This document shows, one piece after another, positions 1 through 9,029 of a stretch of DNA of 64,000 nucleotides (position 1 is its first letter; each line of letters opens with the position of its first letter). The stretch spans positions 4,067 through 68,066 of the forward strand of contig CAJOMA010000003.1 in the NCBI GenBank assembly GCA_905235655.1, given 5' to 3'. Origin of the DNA: an uncultured Oscillospiraceae bacterium (GTDB taxonomy: Bacteria > Bacillota > Clostridia > Oscillospirales > Oscillospiraceae). The position numbers were made by a program, and so were the translations under genes. Under the pieces are notes generated by a model. That model did no database searches. It was not told the DNA's origin and saw nothing but the letters and a program-made list of their open reading frames with translations.

Positions 1-912
1 GAAGAACCGACTGAGGAAACTGCCATGCCTCCAGAGCCGGACTCCCCTGCTCCGCTGCTTTGGCGCGTTACGGATGCAGACGGACACGAGTTGTATCTCT
101 TCGGTACGATCCACGTCGGCGACGAGCGCAACGACGATGTGTTGGAGCGCATTTCTCCGGTGTTCGAGGGCTGTGACGCGCTGGCGGTGGAATTTGATCT
201 CGTTGCCTACGAAAAGAATACGCAGATGTTGATGAGCGACATGGTGCAGTATGTGCTCACTGACGGCAGCGTTGTTTCCGACTATATGCCGGAGGAGCTG
301 TATCAAAGCACCTACGAGCTTCTGCAGAAGGCCGGACTGTTTCCGTCTGTTTTCAGACAGTACAATCTGGCATGGTGGTCGCAGATGGTCGATTCGGCTA
401 TGCTGGAGGTCTACTCCAGTTTGGACGCCAACAAGGGCATGGACAGAATGCTGATCCGCAGCGCCTATGAGAAAAATATTCCCGTGCTGGATGTGGAATC
501 GGCCGCGTTCCAGATGGCGCTGCTCAACAGCTTTGACAACGAGCTCTATCTGCTGAAGATCGAGGAAGCCTTGAACAGTACGGAAACCTATGACAGCGAT
601 CTTACCAAGCTGTATGAGCTTTGGCTTTCCGGTGACAGAGACACATTCTGGAAGTATATTGCCGGTGATAATGATGCCGGTGAAACGGACGGAGATTACA
701 CACAAGAGCAGCAAGCGATGATCGAGGATTACAACCGTCAGATTCTTGACGAGCGCAATCTTGGCATGCGAGATAAAGCAATTGAATATCTCAACAGCGG
801 CGAGACCGTGTTCTTTGCCGTCGGCGCAGCGCACATGGCAAATGATGCCGGTCTTGTAAAGCTCTTGACCGACGCAGGTTATACCGTCGAGCTTTATATT
901 TACGGAGACTGA
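1..912 (+). CDS. TraB/GumN family protein (5' end outside window)
   Basis: Frame is open from base 1; LYLFGTIHVG, ILDERNLGM and FFAVGAAHM motifs typical of TraB/GumN/TIKI proteins. Confidence 0.8.
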   Translation, partial: EEPTEETAMPPEPDSPAPLLWRVTDADGHELYLFGTIHVGDERNDDVLERISPVFEGCDALAVEFDLVAYEKNTQMLMSDMVQYVLTDGSVVSDYMPEELYQSTYELLQKAGLFPSVFRQYNLAWWSQMVDSAMLEVYSSLDANKGMDRMLIRSAYEKNIPVLDVESAAFQMALLNSFDNELYLLKIEEALNSTETYDSDLTKLYELWLSGDRDTFWKYIAGDNDAGETDGDYTQEQQAMIEDYNRQILDERNLGMRDKAIEYLNSGETVFFAVGAAHMANDAGLVKLLTDAGYTVELYIYGD

Positions 913-919
913 TCGTACG

Positions 920-1573
920 ATGCTGAATCAAGAATGGGTATCGAAAACGGAGCAATTTCTAAAAGAAAAGTTCGACGGCGCGCAGTATTTGAACGCGCAC
1001 CCCGTCGATAAAGCCTACCGGCTCGAGCATACCTACCGCGTAGCAAACATCGGCAGACAGATTGCCGTGAACGAGAATTTCGACGAAACGGAGCTTGTAC
1101 TCGCCTGCCTTCTGCACGACATTTCCTACTGCGAGGAGTTCGGCGAGGAAGGGTGGATCGAACACGGCAGGCGCGCCGCTAAGATCGCCCGTCCGTTCCT
1201 GCGGGAGCTTGGTATGGCAGAGGACCGGATTCAGGATATCTGCTACGGCATTGCGATCCATGTGGACGATAAAGCCGACTTTGACGGGGAACGCACGCCC
1301 TTTGCCCTCTCCGTCGGCGACGCAGACAATATTGACCGTTTCGACGCCTACCGCATCCACGAAACGCTGTATCACGACGGATTTCTTGATAAACCGCTGG
1401 AGGAAAAGCGCGAATATGTGGAAAAACGACTTGGCAGAGTGCGGGAGCTGACGGAGATGCCGCTCGGCACGAAAACGGCGGAAGAACTGTGGAAATCACG
1501 GCTTGCGTTCTATATTGAATTCTACGAAAAGCTCGCAGCACAGATCGCCTGTAGCGAATGCGTCCGGCCATAA
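920..1573 (+). CDS. HD-domain phosphohydrolase
   Basis: RLEHTYRV, CLLHDI, IAIHVD and DADNID HD-family motifs. Confidence 0.85.
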   Translation: MLNQEWVSKTEQFLKEKFDGAQYLNAHPVDKAYRLEHTYRVANIGRQIAVNENFDETELVLACLLHDISYCEEFGEEGWIEHGRRAAKIARPFLRELGMAEDRIQDICYGIAIHVDDKADFDGERTPFALSVGDADNIDRFDAYRIHETLYHDGFLDKPLEEKREYVEKRLGRVRELTEMPLGTKTAEELWKSRLAFYIEFYEKLAAQIACSECVRP

Positions 1574-1587
1574 TTGAGGGTCAAGAC

Positions 1588-2061
1588 ATGAAAAGGTACG
1601 ATCAAACCGCAAAGTATTGGTTTTTAGCTCTGACGCTTCTGCCGTTTGCTTGCATTGCTGTCGGCGTGGTATTGCGCTTCTTATTCTCTGACAGATCACA
1701 ATTCATTTGGTCTCTGATTTTTGTAGGTATCCCCTTGTTTATTCTGTTTTTTGTGGTCTATATCGCTACTGCGCGCTCCTATCTCTTGATCGACAGCGAA
1801 AAGATCGTTTTCCCGGTGACGCGCATTCCGAAAACAACGCTCAAACGAAACACAGTGTATTTTTCAGATATTTCTTGGGTCGAAGAAAGATTTTCCAAAG
1901 GAGATTTTATATCACAGACATTGGATACATATTACTATACCTTCCACATGAATAGCGGAGATTCCTTCACGGAAACGCTGTATTCATACGGAAAGAAGCA
2001 GGAGTCCGAGATTGTCTCAATCCTCAAAAGCAGAACAAAATTTAAATTTAAGCAAGTATAA
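1588..2061 (+). CDS. Hypothetical membrane protein (2 N-terminal TM helices plus soluble domain), low GC
   Basis: ATG at 1588 after GAGG; two hydrophobic stretches; 32-35% GC in hand-counted 60-nt lines. Confidence 0.6.
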   Translation: MKRYDQTAKYWFLALTLLPFACIAVGVVLRFLFSDRSQFIWSLIFVGIPLFILFFVVYIATARSYLLIDSEKIVFPVTRIPKTTLKRNTVYFSDISWVEERFSKGDFISQTLDTYYYTFHMNSGDSFTETLYSYGKKQESEIVSILKSRTKFKFKQV

Positions 2062-2062
2062 T

Positions 2063-2105
2063 AAGACACCGGCTCTCCCCTCTTCGGGGAAAGCCGGCGT
2101 CTTTT
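2063..2105 (+). terminator. Intrinsic terminator
   Basis: Imperfect stem gacaccggctctcccc / ggggaaagccggcgtc followed by tttt. Confidence 0.65.
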
Positions 2106-2307
2106 CAGACTGTTAAAGAACGTAGAGAGGCAGAGATCCGGAAGCCTTTTTGAAAACCAAACACAATTCAGTGTTTATTCCAATTTCGTTCATAGTTTCG
2201 TCAAAATTGCCTTTTATACTCAAGATGTAAGAAGGATAAATCTTCTTGCAAGAGCCACAGTACGATTCATCTTTTCATTTTATCTCTCTTTTTCCCTCTC
2301 TCTTTTC

Positions 2308-2355
2308 AAAAGCACATTCCCGGTTACCCTCAAAAGTAACCGGGAATGTGCTTTT
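2308..2355 (-). terminator. Intrinsic terminator of the rplU-prp-rpmA-obgE unit
   Basis: Perfect 20-bp inverted repeat aaaagcacattcccggttac / gtaaccgggaatgtgctttt just past the obgE stop. Confidence 0.85.
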
Positions 2356-2361
2356 TCTGCG

Positions 2362-3636
2362 TTATCGCTCGTAATCAAATTCAAAATCATAGATACTGAC
2401 CGTGTCGCCGTCCTCGATGCCCATACTCTCGAGGCGTTCAAACAAACCGCTCTTGCGGAGCTGGCGGTCGAAGTACATTCTCGACTCATAGTCTGCGAAG
2501 TTGATATCCATAATGAGCTGCTGCAGCCATTTGCCGGAGACGATCCACAGATCATCGATATGCTCGATCGTCAGATCGTCCGCCGCGCCTGCCTCAGCAA
2601 GCGGCTTGACGTATTCCGGTTCATAGACGATGACGGGAGGCAGCTCCTTGAGCCTTTCCGCAATTGCGCGGACAAGCTGCTTCGTGCCCTGCGTCGTCGC
2701 GGCGGAAATCTCAAAGAACGGATAGCCGCGTCGCTCGACGTACTCGCGCAGACGGTCTAAGTTGTCGCTTCCCTCAGGGATCAGATCGCACTTGTTGGCG
2801 GCGACGAGCATGGGGCGGGACGCAAGCTCGGAAGAGTACTGCGTAAGCTCCTCGTTGATCTTTTCAAAGTCCTCGATCGGATCGCGGTCCTCGGAGCCCG
2901 ACACGTCGACGATGTGCACGAGCAGACGGCAGCGGTCGATATGGCGCAGGAAGTCGTGACCGAGACCTGCGCCCTCCGCCGCGCCCTCGATAATGCCGGG
3001 AATATCCGCCATGACGAAGGAAACGCCGTCGTCGACGTAGATCACGCCGAGATTCGGATAAAGGGTCGTAAAATGGTAGTTGGCGATCTTCGGATGGGCG
3101 TTCGAGGTCACGGAGAGCAGCGTCGACTTCCCGACGTTCGGGAACCCGACCAGTCCGACGTCCGCGAGCAGCTTCAGCTCCAGAACGACCTCATGCTCCT
3201 CGCCGGGAAGACCTGCCTTCGCAAAGCGCGGCACCTGTCTGGTCGGCGTGGCGAAATGCTTATTGCCCCAGCCGCCTCTGCCGCCCTTACAGAGAATGAA
3301 GTCCTCGCTGTCGGACATATCCTTGATGATCTCGTTCGTCTCCGCGTCGCGGACGACCGTACCGCGCGGAATCTGGATGACAAGGTCTTCACCGCGCTTG
3401 CCGCTGCAGCGGGAGCCCTGACCGTCCTGACCGTTTGGCGCGACGTACTTGCGTTTGAAACGAAAATCCATCAGCGTGGAGAGATTATCGTTGACGCGCA
3501 GGACAATATTGCCGCCCTTGCCGCCGTCGCCGCCGTCAGGTCCTCCTGCCGCGACGTATTTCTCGCGGTGGAACGCAACCGCGCCGTTGCCGCCGTTTCC
3601 GGCCTTGACGAAGATTTTTACTTTATCTACAAACAT
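2362..3636 (-). CDS. obgE: GTPase ObgE/CgtA
   Basis: MFVD start, Gly-rich Obg fold, GFPNVGKS, DIPG, NKCD and C-terminal OCT domain. Confidence 0.97.
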   Translation of the reverse strand: MFVDKVKIFVKAGNGGNGAVAFHREKYVAAGGPDGGDGGKGGNIVLRVNDNLSTLMDFRFKRKYVAPNGQDGQGSRCSGKRGEDLVIQIPRGTVVRDAETNEIIKDMSDSEDFILCKGGRGGWGNKHFATPTRQVPRFAKAGLPGEEHEVVLELKLLADVGLVGFPNVGKSTLLSVTSNAHPKIANYHFTTLYPNLGVIYVDDGVSFVMADIPGIIEGAAEGAGLGHDFLRHIDRCRLLVHIVDVSGSEDRDPIEDFEKINEELTQYSSELASRPMLVAANKCDLIPEGSDNLDRLREYVERRGYPFFEISAATTQGTKQLVRAIAERLKELPPVIVYEPEYVKPLAEAGAADDLTIEHIDDLWIVSGKWLQQLIMDINFADYESRMYFDRQLRKSGLFERLESMGIEDGDTVSIYDFEFDYER

Positions 3637-3702
3637 ACACCATCTCCCCTTCCTCAAAAAAATCCCGAACATAAAAGATATGTTCGGGATTCCTTATGCA
3701 TC

Positions 3703-3987
3703 TTACTGCTCTACCGGATAAACAGAGCACATTTTGCGATCCTTGCCCAGACGCTCGAATTTGACGTGACCGTCGACCTTTGCGAACAGGGTGTCGTCGC
3801 TGCCGATACCGACGTTGGTACCCGGATGGATGTGCGTGCCTCTCTGGCGAACCAGAATGTTGCCCGCGAGAACGAACTGGCCGTCCGCGCGCTTCACGCC
3901 CAATCTCTTGGACTCGGAATCACGGCCGTTCTTGGTAGAACCGCCGCCCTTCTTATGAGCGAAGAACTGAAAACCGATTTTCAGCAT
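3703..3987 (-). CDS. rpmA: 50S ribosomal protein L27 with Prp-cleaved N-terminal extension
   Basis: MLKIGFQFF|[15 protein letters not shown] matches Firmicutes long L27. Confidence 0.97.
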   Translation of the reverse strand: MLKIGFQFFAHKKGGGSTKNGRDSESKRLGVKRADGQFVLAGNILVRQRGTHIHPGTNVGIGSDDTLFAKVDGHVKFERLGKDRKMCSVYPVEQ

Positions 3988-3990
3988 GTG

Positions 3991-4314
3991 TTACACCTCC
4001 ATAACTTCGATATAATCAGGATAATCATCCCGCAGGGAGCACATGGTCAGCATAAAGCCGGTCAGCACTGCCTGAACTGCGTCCTCATCATCGCAAACTG
4101 CGGGAAGCGTGAGGGTGATACGGGGCTCGTCCTCAATGACCTTCGTGTTGGCGTGATTGCCGAGCACGTCATTGATCGTACACTCAGCGAATTTCACCGC
4201 GGAAGAAACGGCCGCGCAAACGACGTCGCTTCCCTCCTCGGCGTATCCGCTGTGCCCCGATACGGCAAAACCGTTGATCCTGCCGTCACGATTGAAAATT
4301 TCTACTCTCGTCAT
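3991..4314 (-). CDS. prp: Ribosomal-processing cysteine protease Prp
   Basis: GHSGY and DVVCAAVS motifs; lies between rplU and rpmA. Confidence 0.92.
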   Translation of the reverse strand: MTRVEIFNRDGRINGFAVSGHSGYAEEGSDVVCAAVSSAVKFAECTINDVLGNHANTKVIEDEPRITLTLPAVCDDEDAVQAVLTGFMLTMCSLRDDYPDYIEVMEV

Positions 4315-4322
4315 AAAGCAAA

Positions 4323-4634
4323 TTAACCGACGATCTTCTCAATCTGCACCTTGGTGTACGGCTGTCTGTGACCGCGGATGGACTTGGAGTCCTTCTTCGG
4401 ACGGTACTTGAAGACAACGATCTTCTTGGACTTGCCTTCCTTCAGCACCTTTGCTTCGACAGAAGCACCTGCGACCACGGGAGCGCCGAACTTGGAGTTC
4501 TCACCGTCCACGATTGCCAGGACCTGATCGAAGGTTACGGTTGTGTCAGCCTCAACGCCGAGCTTTTCGACGAAAATGACGTCGCCTTCCTTGACGTTAT
4601 ACTGCTTACCACCGGTAACGATAACTGCCTGCAT
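4323..4634 (-). CDS. rplU: 50S ribosomal protein L21
   Basis: [10 protein letters not shown] and GHRQPYT motifs; ATG at 4634. Confidence 0.97.
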   Translation of the reverse strand: MQAVIVTGGKQYNVKEGDVIFVEKLGVEADTTVTFDQVLAIVDGENSKFGAPVVAGASVEAKVLKEGKSKKIVVFKYRPKKDSKSIRGHRQPYTKVQIEKIVG

Positions 4635-4644
4635 GTTTTGCACC

Positions 4645-4716
4645 TACCTTTTCTGTAGTCTCGCTCTGGAGGCGTGAGGGCGCGCCTCAGCTTCTACCTC
4701 TTCAATGCGGCGCGAC
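4645..4716 (-). promoter_or_regulatory. Probable L21 leader RNA
   Basis: 5' UTR of rplU containing gcgccgca ... cacgcct ... gcgagac blocks resembling the Firmicutes L21 leader; recognised by eye only. Confidence 0.5.
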
Positions 4717-4717
4717 T

Positions 4718-4746
4718 ATTCTATCATCGATTTTTCCAAATGTCAA
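4718..4746 (-). promoter_or_regulatory. sigma-A promoter of rplU operon
   Basis: TTGACA-N17-TAGAAT with extended TG. Confidence 0.8.
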
Positions 4747-4753
4747 ATAGTAT

Positions 4754-4782
4754 TTGACACTTTTTTTACTTTTTGCTATACT
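4754..4782 (+). promoter_or_regulatory. sigma-A promoter of apbE
   Basis: TTGACA-N17-TATACT. Confidence 0.75.
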
Positions 4783-4813
4783 TTTTTTGTAATTATTCAT
4801 AGAATCCGGTGAT

Positions 4814-5803
4814 GTGATGAAAAAACTATGCGCCATTTCCCTGCTTCTTGTGTGTTTGCTCTGCGGATGCACGGAATCCGTGCCTGCCGAGCGGGAGATT
4901 TTCGCGATGGATACGCTGATGACACTTCGCGTCTGGGGCGACGATACCCTCGTTTCCGACGCGGTTTCCGAGATCAACCGTCTTGACGCGCTGCTCTCCG
5001 TGACGAACGAAAACAGCGAGATTTTTGCGCTGAACCGGGACGGTGAAGCGGAATTAAGCGCAGATACGTATGACCTGCTGGTAAAAGCGATCGCAGTCAG
5101 CCGTCGGACGGACGGCGCGTTCGATCCGACCGTCTATCCGCTGGTGGTGGCGTGGGGCTTTACGAAGGACGAACAGCACGTTCCCACGCAGGAAGCGCTT
5201 GACGCAGCGCGTTCTCTTGTCGGCTATGAACGGCTTTTGAACCGGTTAGACGTTACGTGCGTATCCTTTGACGGCAGGATCGACCTCGGCGGCATTGCCA
5301 AGGGTTACACTGCGCAGAGAATTGTTGACTTCCTGCGAAGCAAGGGCGTCGAAACGGCGTTTCTCTCCCTCGGCGGCAACGTCCAGACCCTCGGCAGCAA
5401 GCCGGACGGCGAGGCATGGGTCGTCGGGATCGCCGATCCGGATCGTCCCTCGCAGGCGATCGGCTGCCTGCGTTTTAGCGGCTCTCTTGCCCTTGTGACT
5501 TCCGGCGGATATCAGCGATACTTTGATGAGAACGGCGTGCGGTATCATCACATTCTTGACCCGAAAACGGGTTATCCCGCTGACAGCGGACTTGCTTCCG
5601 TGACCGTGCTTGCTCATGACGGCGCGCTCGCGGACGGTTTATCCACCGCGCTGTTTGTGATGGGTATGGAGAAAGCGACCGCGCTATGGCGCGAAAGCGA
5701 TGATTTTGAAGCGGTCTTTTTGACGGAGGACGGCGGTATCTTTGTGACGGAGGGCGCCGCTTCCCTGCTGAGGGACTGCGAGTTTACGGTGATCGAACGA
5801 TGA
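4814..5803 (+). CDS. apbE: FAD:protein FMN transferase (lipoprotein)
   Basis: Lipobox LLCGC; FDPTV, IDLGGIAKGY, TSGGYQRY, HHILDP and ADGLSTA motifs. Confidence 0.93.
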   Translation: MMKKLCAISLLLVCLLCGCTESVPAEREIFAMDTLMTLRVWGDDTLVSDAVSEINRLDALLSVTNENSEIFALNRDGEAELSADTYDLLVKAIAVSRRTDGAFDPTVYPLVVAWGFTKDEQHVPTQEALDAARSLVGYERLLNRLDVTCVSFDGRIDLGGIAKGYTAQRIVDFLRSKGVETAFLSLGGNVQTLGSKPDGEAWVVGIADPDRPSQAIGCLRFSGSLALVTSGGYQRYFDENGVRYHHILDPKTGYPADSGLASVTVLAHDGALADGLSTALFVMGMEKATALWRESDDFEAVFLTEDGGIFVTEGAASLLRDCEFTVIER

Positions 5804-6156
5804 AGACACGGACTTGGATTCTTCTGTTTACTGCGCTTGCGGCAGTCTGCCTGCTGTGCAGTTATTTCATCTTTTTCGGCGGTACGTCCGGCACGACGGC
5901 GACGGTCGCCTCGGACGGCGTGACGGTCATGACCCTCGACCTCTCCGCAGACGGAGAATACCGAATCGTGTCGGACTACGGCGTGAACACGATCCGCGTC
6001 GCAGACGGCAGGGTTTCGGTCGTTTATGCCGACTGCCCTACGCAGGACTGCGTGCGCCACGCGCCTTCAAATTCCGGCGCGCCGATCGTCTGCCTGCCGA
6101 ACCGGCTGGTGATTACTTTTTCATCATCAGAGGAATTTGACGCGATCATTGGCTAA
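5800..6156 (+). CDS. NusG domain II-containing exported protein (Lin0431/DUF1312-like)
   Basis: N-terminal TM helix; ADCPTQDCV and IVCLPNRLVI motifs; overlaps apbE stop. Confidence 0.8.
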   Translation: MKTRTWILLFTALAAVCLLCSYFIFFGGTSGTTATVASDGVTVMTLDLSADGEYRIVSDYGVNTIRVADGRVSVVYADCPTQDCVRHAPSNSGAPIVCLPNRLVITFSSSEEFDAIIG

Positions 6157-6183
6157 AGGCAGGGGCAAACATGCCCCTGCCTT
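6156..6183. terminator. Bidirectional terminator between convergent genes
   Basis: 11-bp perfect stem aaggcaggggc / gcccctgcctt. Confidence 0.75.
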
Positions 6184-6184
6184 C

Positions 6185-6613
6185 TTAATAGGTACGGATA
6201 TTGCTCGTGATCTCGTTGAACGCCTGCGTCGCCTGACGGGTGCACTGGGGCTGCTTGGAAATGTCGGACAGCGACACCATGCCGACCAGCCGATTTTTGT
6301 CCTGTACCGGCAGCCTGCGGATTTTTTCCTTTGCCATCAGTGCGGACGCCTCGTCGACCGTCTGCTGCGCACTGACGGAAAAGATTCTGCGCGTCATAAT
6401 GTCAGATACCTTAACGCACAAGGGGTCTTCCTCCGCCGCAACGCAGCGCAGAACGATATCGCGATCCGTTACCATGCCGCGCAGTCTGCCGTCCTTCGTA
6501 CAGACCGGAAGCGCGCCGATATTGTAATGCGACAGCAATCTTGCCGCGACGGCGGCGTTTTCGTCCGGCGAAACGCTGATGATTCGCCTGCTCATAACGT
6601 CTTGAACTTTCAT
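6185..6613 (-). CDS. Tandem CBS-domain protein
   Basis: IGALPV, GMVTDRDIV and GMVSLSDI CBS motifs. Confidence 0.9.
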   Translation of the reverse strand: MKVQDVMSRRIISVSPDENAAVAARLLSHYNIGALPVCTKDGRLRGMVTDRDIVLRCVAAEEDPLCVKVSDIMTRRIFSVSAQQTVDEASALMAKEKIRRLPVQDKNRLVGMVSLSDISKQPQCTRQATQAFNEITSNIRTY

Positions 6614-6624
6614 GATTTACCTCC

Positions 6625-6662
6625 CAAAAAATCAGCCTCTGCCGAACAAAGCCGGCAGAGGC
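6625..6662 (-). terminator. Terminator of nfnAB
   Basis: 10-bp stem gcctctgccg / cggcagaggc with T-tract on the minus strand. Confidence 0.7.
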
Positions 6663-6706
6663 GTTTGTCATTTGGAAGTATGGGAAAAGAACTGAATAAT
6701 TATACT

Positions 6707-8089
6707 CTATTTGTGAAATCTCGCGTCGATCGCCGCGGCGGCCTTTTTTCCCGCACCCATGGCAAGAATGACGGTCGCTGCGCCGGTCACGGCGTCGCCG
6801 CCGGCATAGACGCCCTCGCGGGTCGTCATATTGTCCTCGTTGACGATCAGACAGCCTTTCTTGTTGGTTTCCAGACCGGGCGTTGTGGAGCGGATCAGCG
6901 GATTGGGAGATGTGCCGAGCGCCATAATGACCGTATCGACCGGTAGCTCAAACTCGCTGCCGGGGATCGCGATGGGGCTGCGCCTGCCGGAGGCGTCCGG
7001 CTCGCCGAGCTCCATGCGGAGGCACTGCATCGCGCCGACTCTTCCCGCTCCGTCGTCGAGAATTTTCACGGGATTGGTGAGGGTGAGGAATTCGATCCCC
7101 TCTTCCTTGGCGTGGTGCTGCTCCTCCAGCCGCGCGGGCATTTCCTTTTCCGTGCGGCGATAGACGATATAAACGTGCTCCGCGCCGAGCCGCTTTGCCG
7201 AGCGGGCGGCGTCCATTGCTACGTTGCCGCCGCCGACCACGGCGACGGCGTTGGAGACGATGACCGGCGTATCGCTTTCCGGTTTGTATGCTTTCATCAG
7301 ATTGATTCTCGTCAGGAATTCATTTGCCGACAGGACGCCCTTCAGCGCTTCACCTTCGATGTTCATAAATATCGGCAGACCTGCGCCGGAGCCGATGAAA
7401 ATCGCCTGATAGCCCATTTCGAACAGCTCGTCGACAGACAGTACCTTGCCGATGATCATGTTCGTCATGACCTGAACGCCCATTGCCTCTAATTTTTTAA
7501 TCTCGTTTGCAACGAGCGCCTTCGGAAGACGGAATTCGGGAATGCCGTAGACCAGAACGCCGCCGGCGGTATGAAGCGCCTCAAAAATGCGGACCTCGTA
7601 GCCCTTCTTGGCAAGCTCGCTCGCGCAGGTCAGACCGGAAGGCCCGGAGCCGACCACTGCGACCTTCACGCCGTTTGATTCCGGCTTTTCCGGCATTTTG
7701 TTGACGTTCTCTCGGTACCAGTCCGCGACGAAGCGCTCCAAGCGTCCGATTGCGACCGGCTCGCCCTTCACGCCGCGGACGCACTTGCTTTCACACTGAC
7801 GTTCCTGCGGGCAGACTCTGCCGGACAGGGCGGGAAGCGCGTTCGTCGATGTAACGATCTCATACGCCGCGAGGAAATCTCCTTCTGCGACCTTGGCGAT
7901 GAATTCGGGAATGCGGATACTGACGGGGCAGGCGGTCACGCACTGCGGATTCTTGCAATGCAGGCAGCGCTGCGCTTCATTGACCGCCATTTCCGCCGTG
8001 TAGCCGAGGGTAACCTCCCTGAAATTGCGGTTGCGGACGTTCGGCTCCTGCTCCGGCATGGGGGTTTTTGTCATCTGCATATTCGGCAT
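6707..8089 (-). CDS. nfnB: NfnB-like large subunit of the electron-bifurcating transhydrogenase (GltD-like flavoprotein)
   Basis: RCLHC..C..ACP Fe-S motif, GRVCPQE, GSGPSG and GGGNVAMD; paired with an nfnA-like gene and no gltB in window. Confidence 0.8.
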   Translation of the reverse strand: MPNMQMTKTPMPEQEPNVRNRNFREVTLGYTAEMAVNEAQRCLHCKNPQCVTACPVSIRIPEFIAKVAEGDFLAAYEIVTSTNALPALSGRVCPQERQCESKCVRGVKGEPVAIGRLERFVADWYRENVNKMPEKPESNGVKVAVVGSGPSGLTCASELAKKGYEVRIFEALHTAGGVLVYGIPEFRLPKALVANEIKKLEAMGVQVMTNMIIGKVLSVDELFEMGYQAIFIGSGAGLPIFMNIEGEALKGVLSANEFLTRINLMKAYKPESDTPVIVSNAVAVVGGGNVAMDAARSAKRLGAEHVYIVYRRTEKEMPARLEEQHHAKEEGIEFLTLTNPVKILDDGAGRVGAMQCLRMELGEPDASGRRSPIAIPGSEFELPVDTVIMALGTSPNPLIRSTTPGLETNKKGCLIVNEDNMTTREGVYAGGDAVTGAATVILAMGAGKKAAAAIDARFHK

Positions 8090-8102
8090 TGTTCTACCTC
8101 CC

Positions 8103-8957
8103 TCAAGGAATCATCGCCTTGCCGAGCACTTCGATCCGGCAAACATGTTCTCTTTCATCCTGCGCTTCCTGATCGCGGTAGACGCTGTTGCGGTTCATCA
8201 GCTCCGCGAAATCTACCTTGTGACCGTCGAAATCAGGCCCCTCGACGCAGGCGAAGCGAACCACGCCGTCGACCGTGACACGGCAGCCGCCGCACATGCC
8301 GGTGCCGTCGACCATGATCGGGTTGAGCGAAACGATCGTCTTTACGCCGAACGGCTCCGTCGTCTTCGCGACAAATTTCATCATCGGGATCGGTCCGATG
8401 GCAAGCACCTCGTCGTATTGTTTGCCTGCCTCCAGCAGCTCCTGAAGCTTGACCGTGACGAACCCGTGCTCGCCGTAGGAGCCGTCGTCCGTCATCAGAT
8501 AGAGATTGTCGCTGCAGGCGCGGAATTCGTCCTCCAGAATGACAAGCTCCCGATTGCGGAAGCCGACGATGACGTCGACCTCGCAGCCTGCTTCCTTGAA
8601 CGCCTGCGCGGAGGGCAGCGCGATGGCGCAGCCGACGCCGCCGCCGACCACGCAGACGCGCTTGAGACCGTCGGTATCCGTCGGTCTGCCGAGCGGCCCG
8701 ACAAAGTCAAGGACCGCGTCGCCCTCGTTCAGCGCGCCGAGCATTTTGGTCGAAAGACCGACTTTTTGGAAAATGATGGTGACCGTTCCCTTCTCGCGGT
8801 CATAGCCCGCGATGGTCAACGGTACGCGCTCGCCGTATTCATCCACACGGAAAATAATAAACTGACCGGCCTTTGCTTTCCTTGCAACAAACGGAGCTTC
8901 GATCTCCATCAGCGTAACAGCGGCGTTCAGCTCCTTCTTTCTGACGATCTTGAACAT
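8103..8957 (-). CDS. nfnA: NfnA-like small subunit (PyrK/FNR-like with 2Fe-2S cluster)
   Basis: ERVPLTI, GPLG, GGGVG and MVDGTGMCGGCRV..CVEGP motifs. Confidence 0.8.
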   Translation of the reverse strand: MFKIVRKKELNAAVTLMEIEAPFVARKAKAGQFIIFRVDEYGERVPLTIAGYDREKGTVTIIFQKVGLSTKMLGALNEGDAVLDFVGPLGRPTDTDGLKRVCVVGGGVGCAIALPSAQAFKEAGCEVDVIVGFRNRELVILEDEFRACSDNLYLMTDDGSYGEHGFVTVKLQELLEAGKQYDEVLAIGPIPMMKFVAKTTEPFGVKTIVSLNPIMVDGTGMCGGCRVTVDGVVRFACVEGPDFDGHKVDFAELMNRNSVYRDQEAQDEREHVCRIEVLGKAMIP

Positions 8958-9029
8958 TCGCATCCACCTCTCAATGTGATGTAGGTACAGTATAGCATAT
9001 TTCTTGCTAAAAACAAAGCGTTTTACAAA

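Noticed and set aside
2914-4326. 470-aa plus-strand ORF, and similar long ORFs (12857-14428, 54570-56840, 59534-61069, 41427-42755)
   Set aside because: They lie antisense to well-conserved genes (obgE/rpmA, nrdD, lon, tig, htpG) and have no recognisable motifs; such shadow ORFs are expected with GC-rich codon bias.
6707-8089. Annotation as glutamate synthase small subunit (gltD)
   Set aside because: No gltB large subunit nearby; pairing with a PyrK-like 2Fe-2S gene fits NfnAB better.
8964-9029. Rex operator upstream of nfnAB
   Set aside because: ttgtaaaacgctttgttt has only one plausible half-site and is not palindromic.
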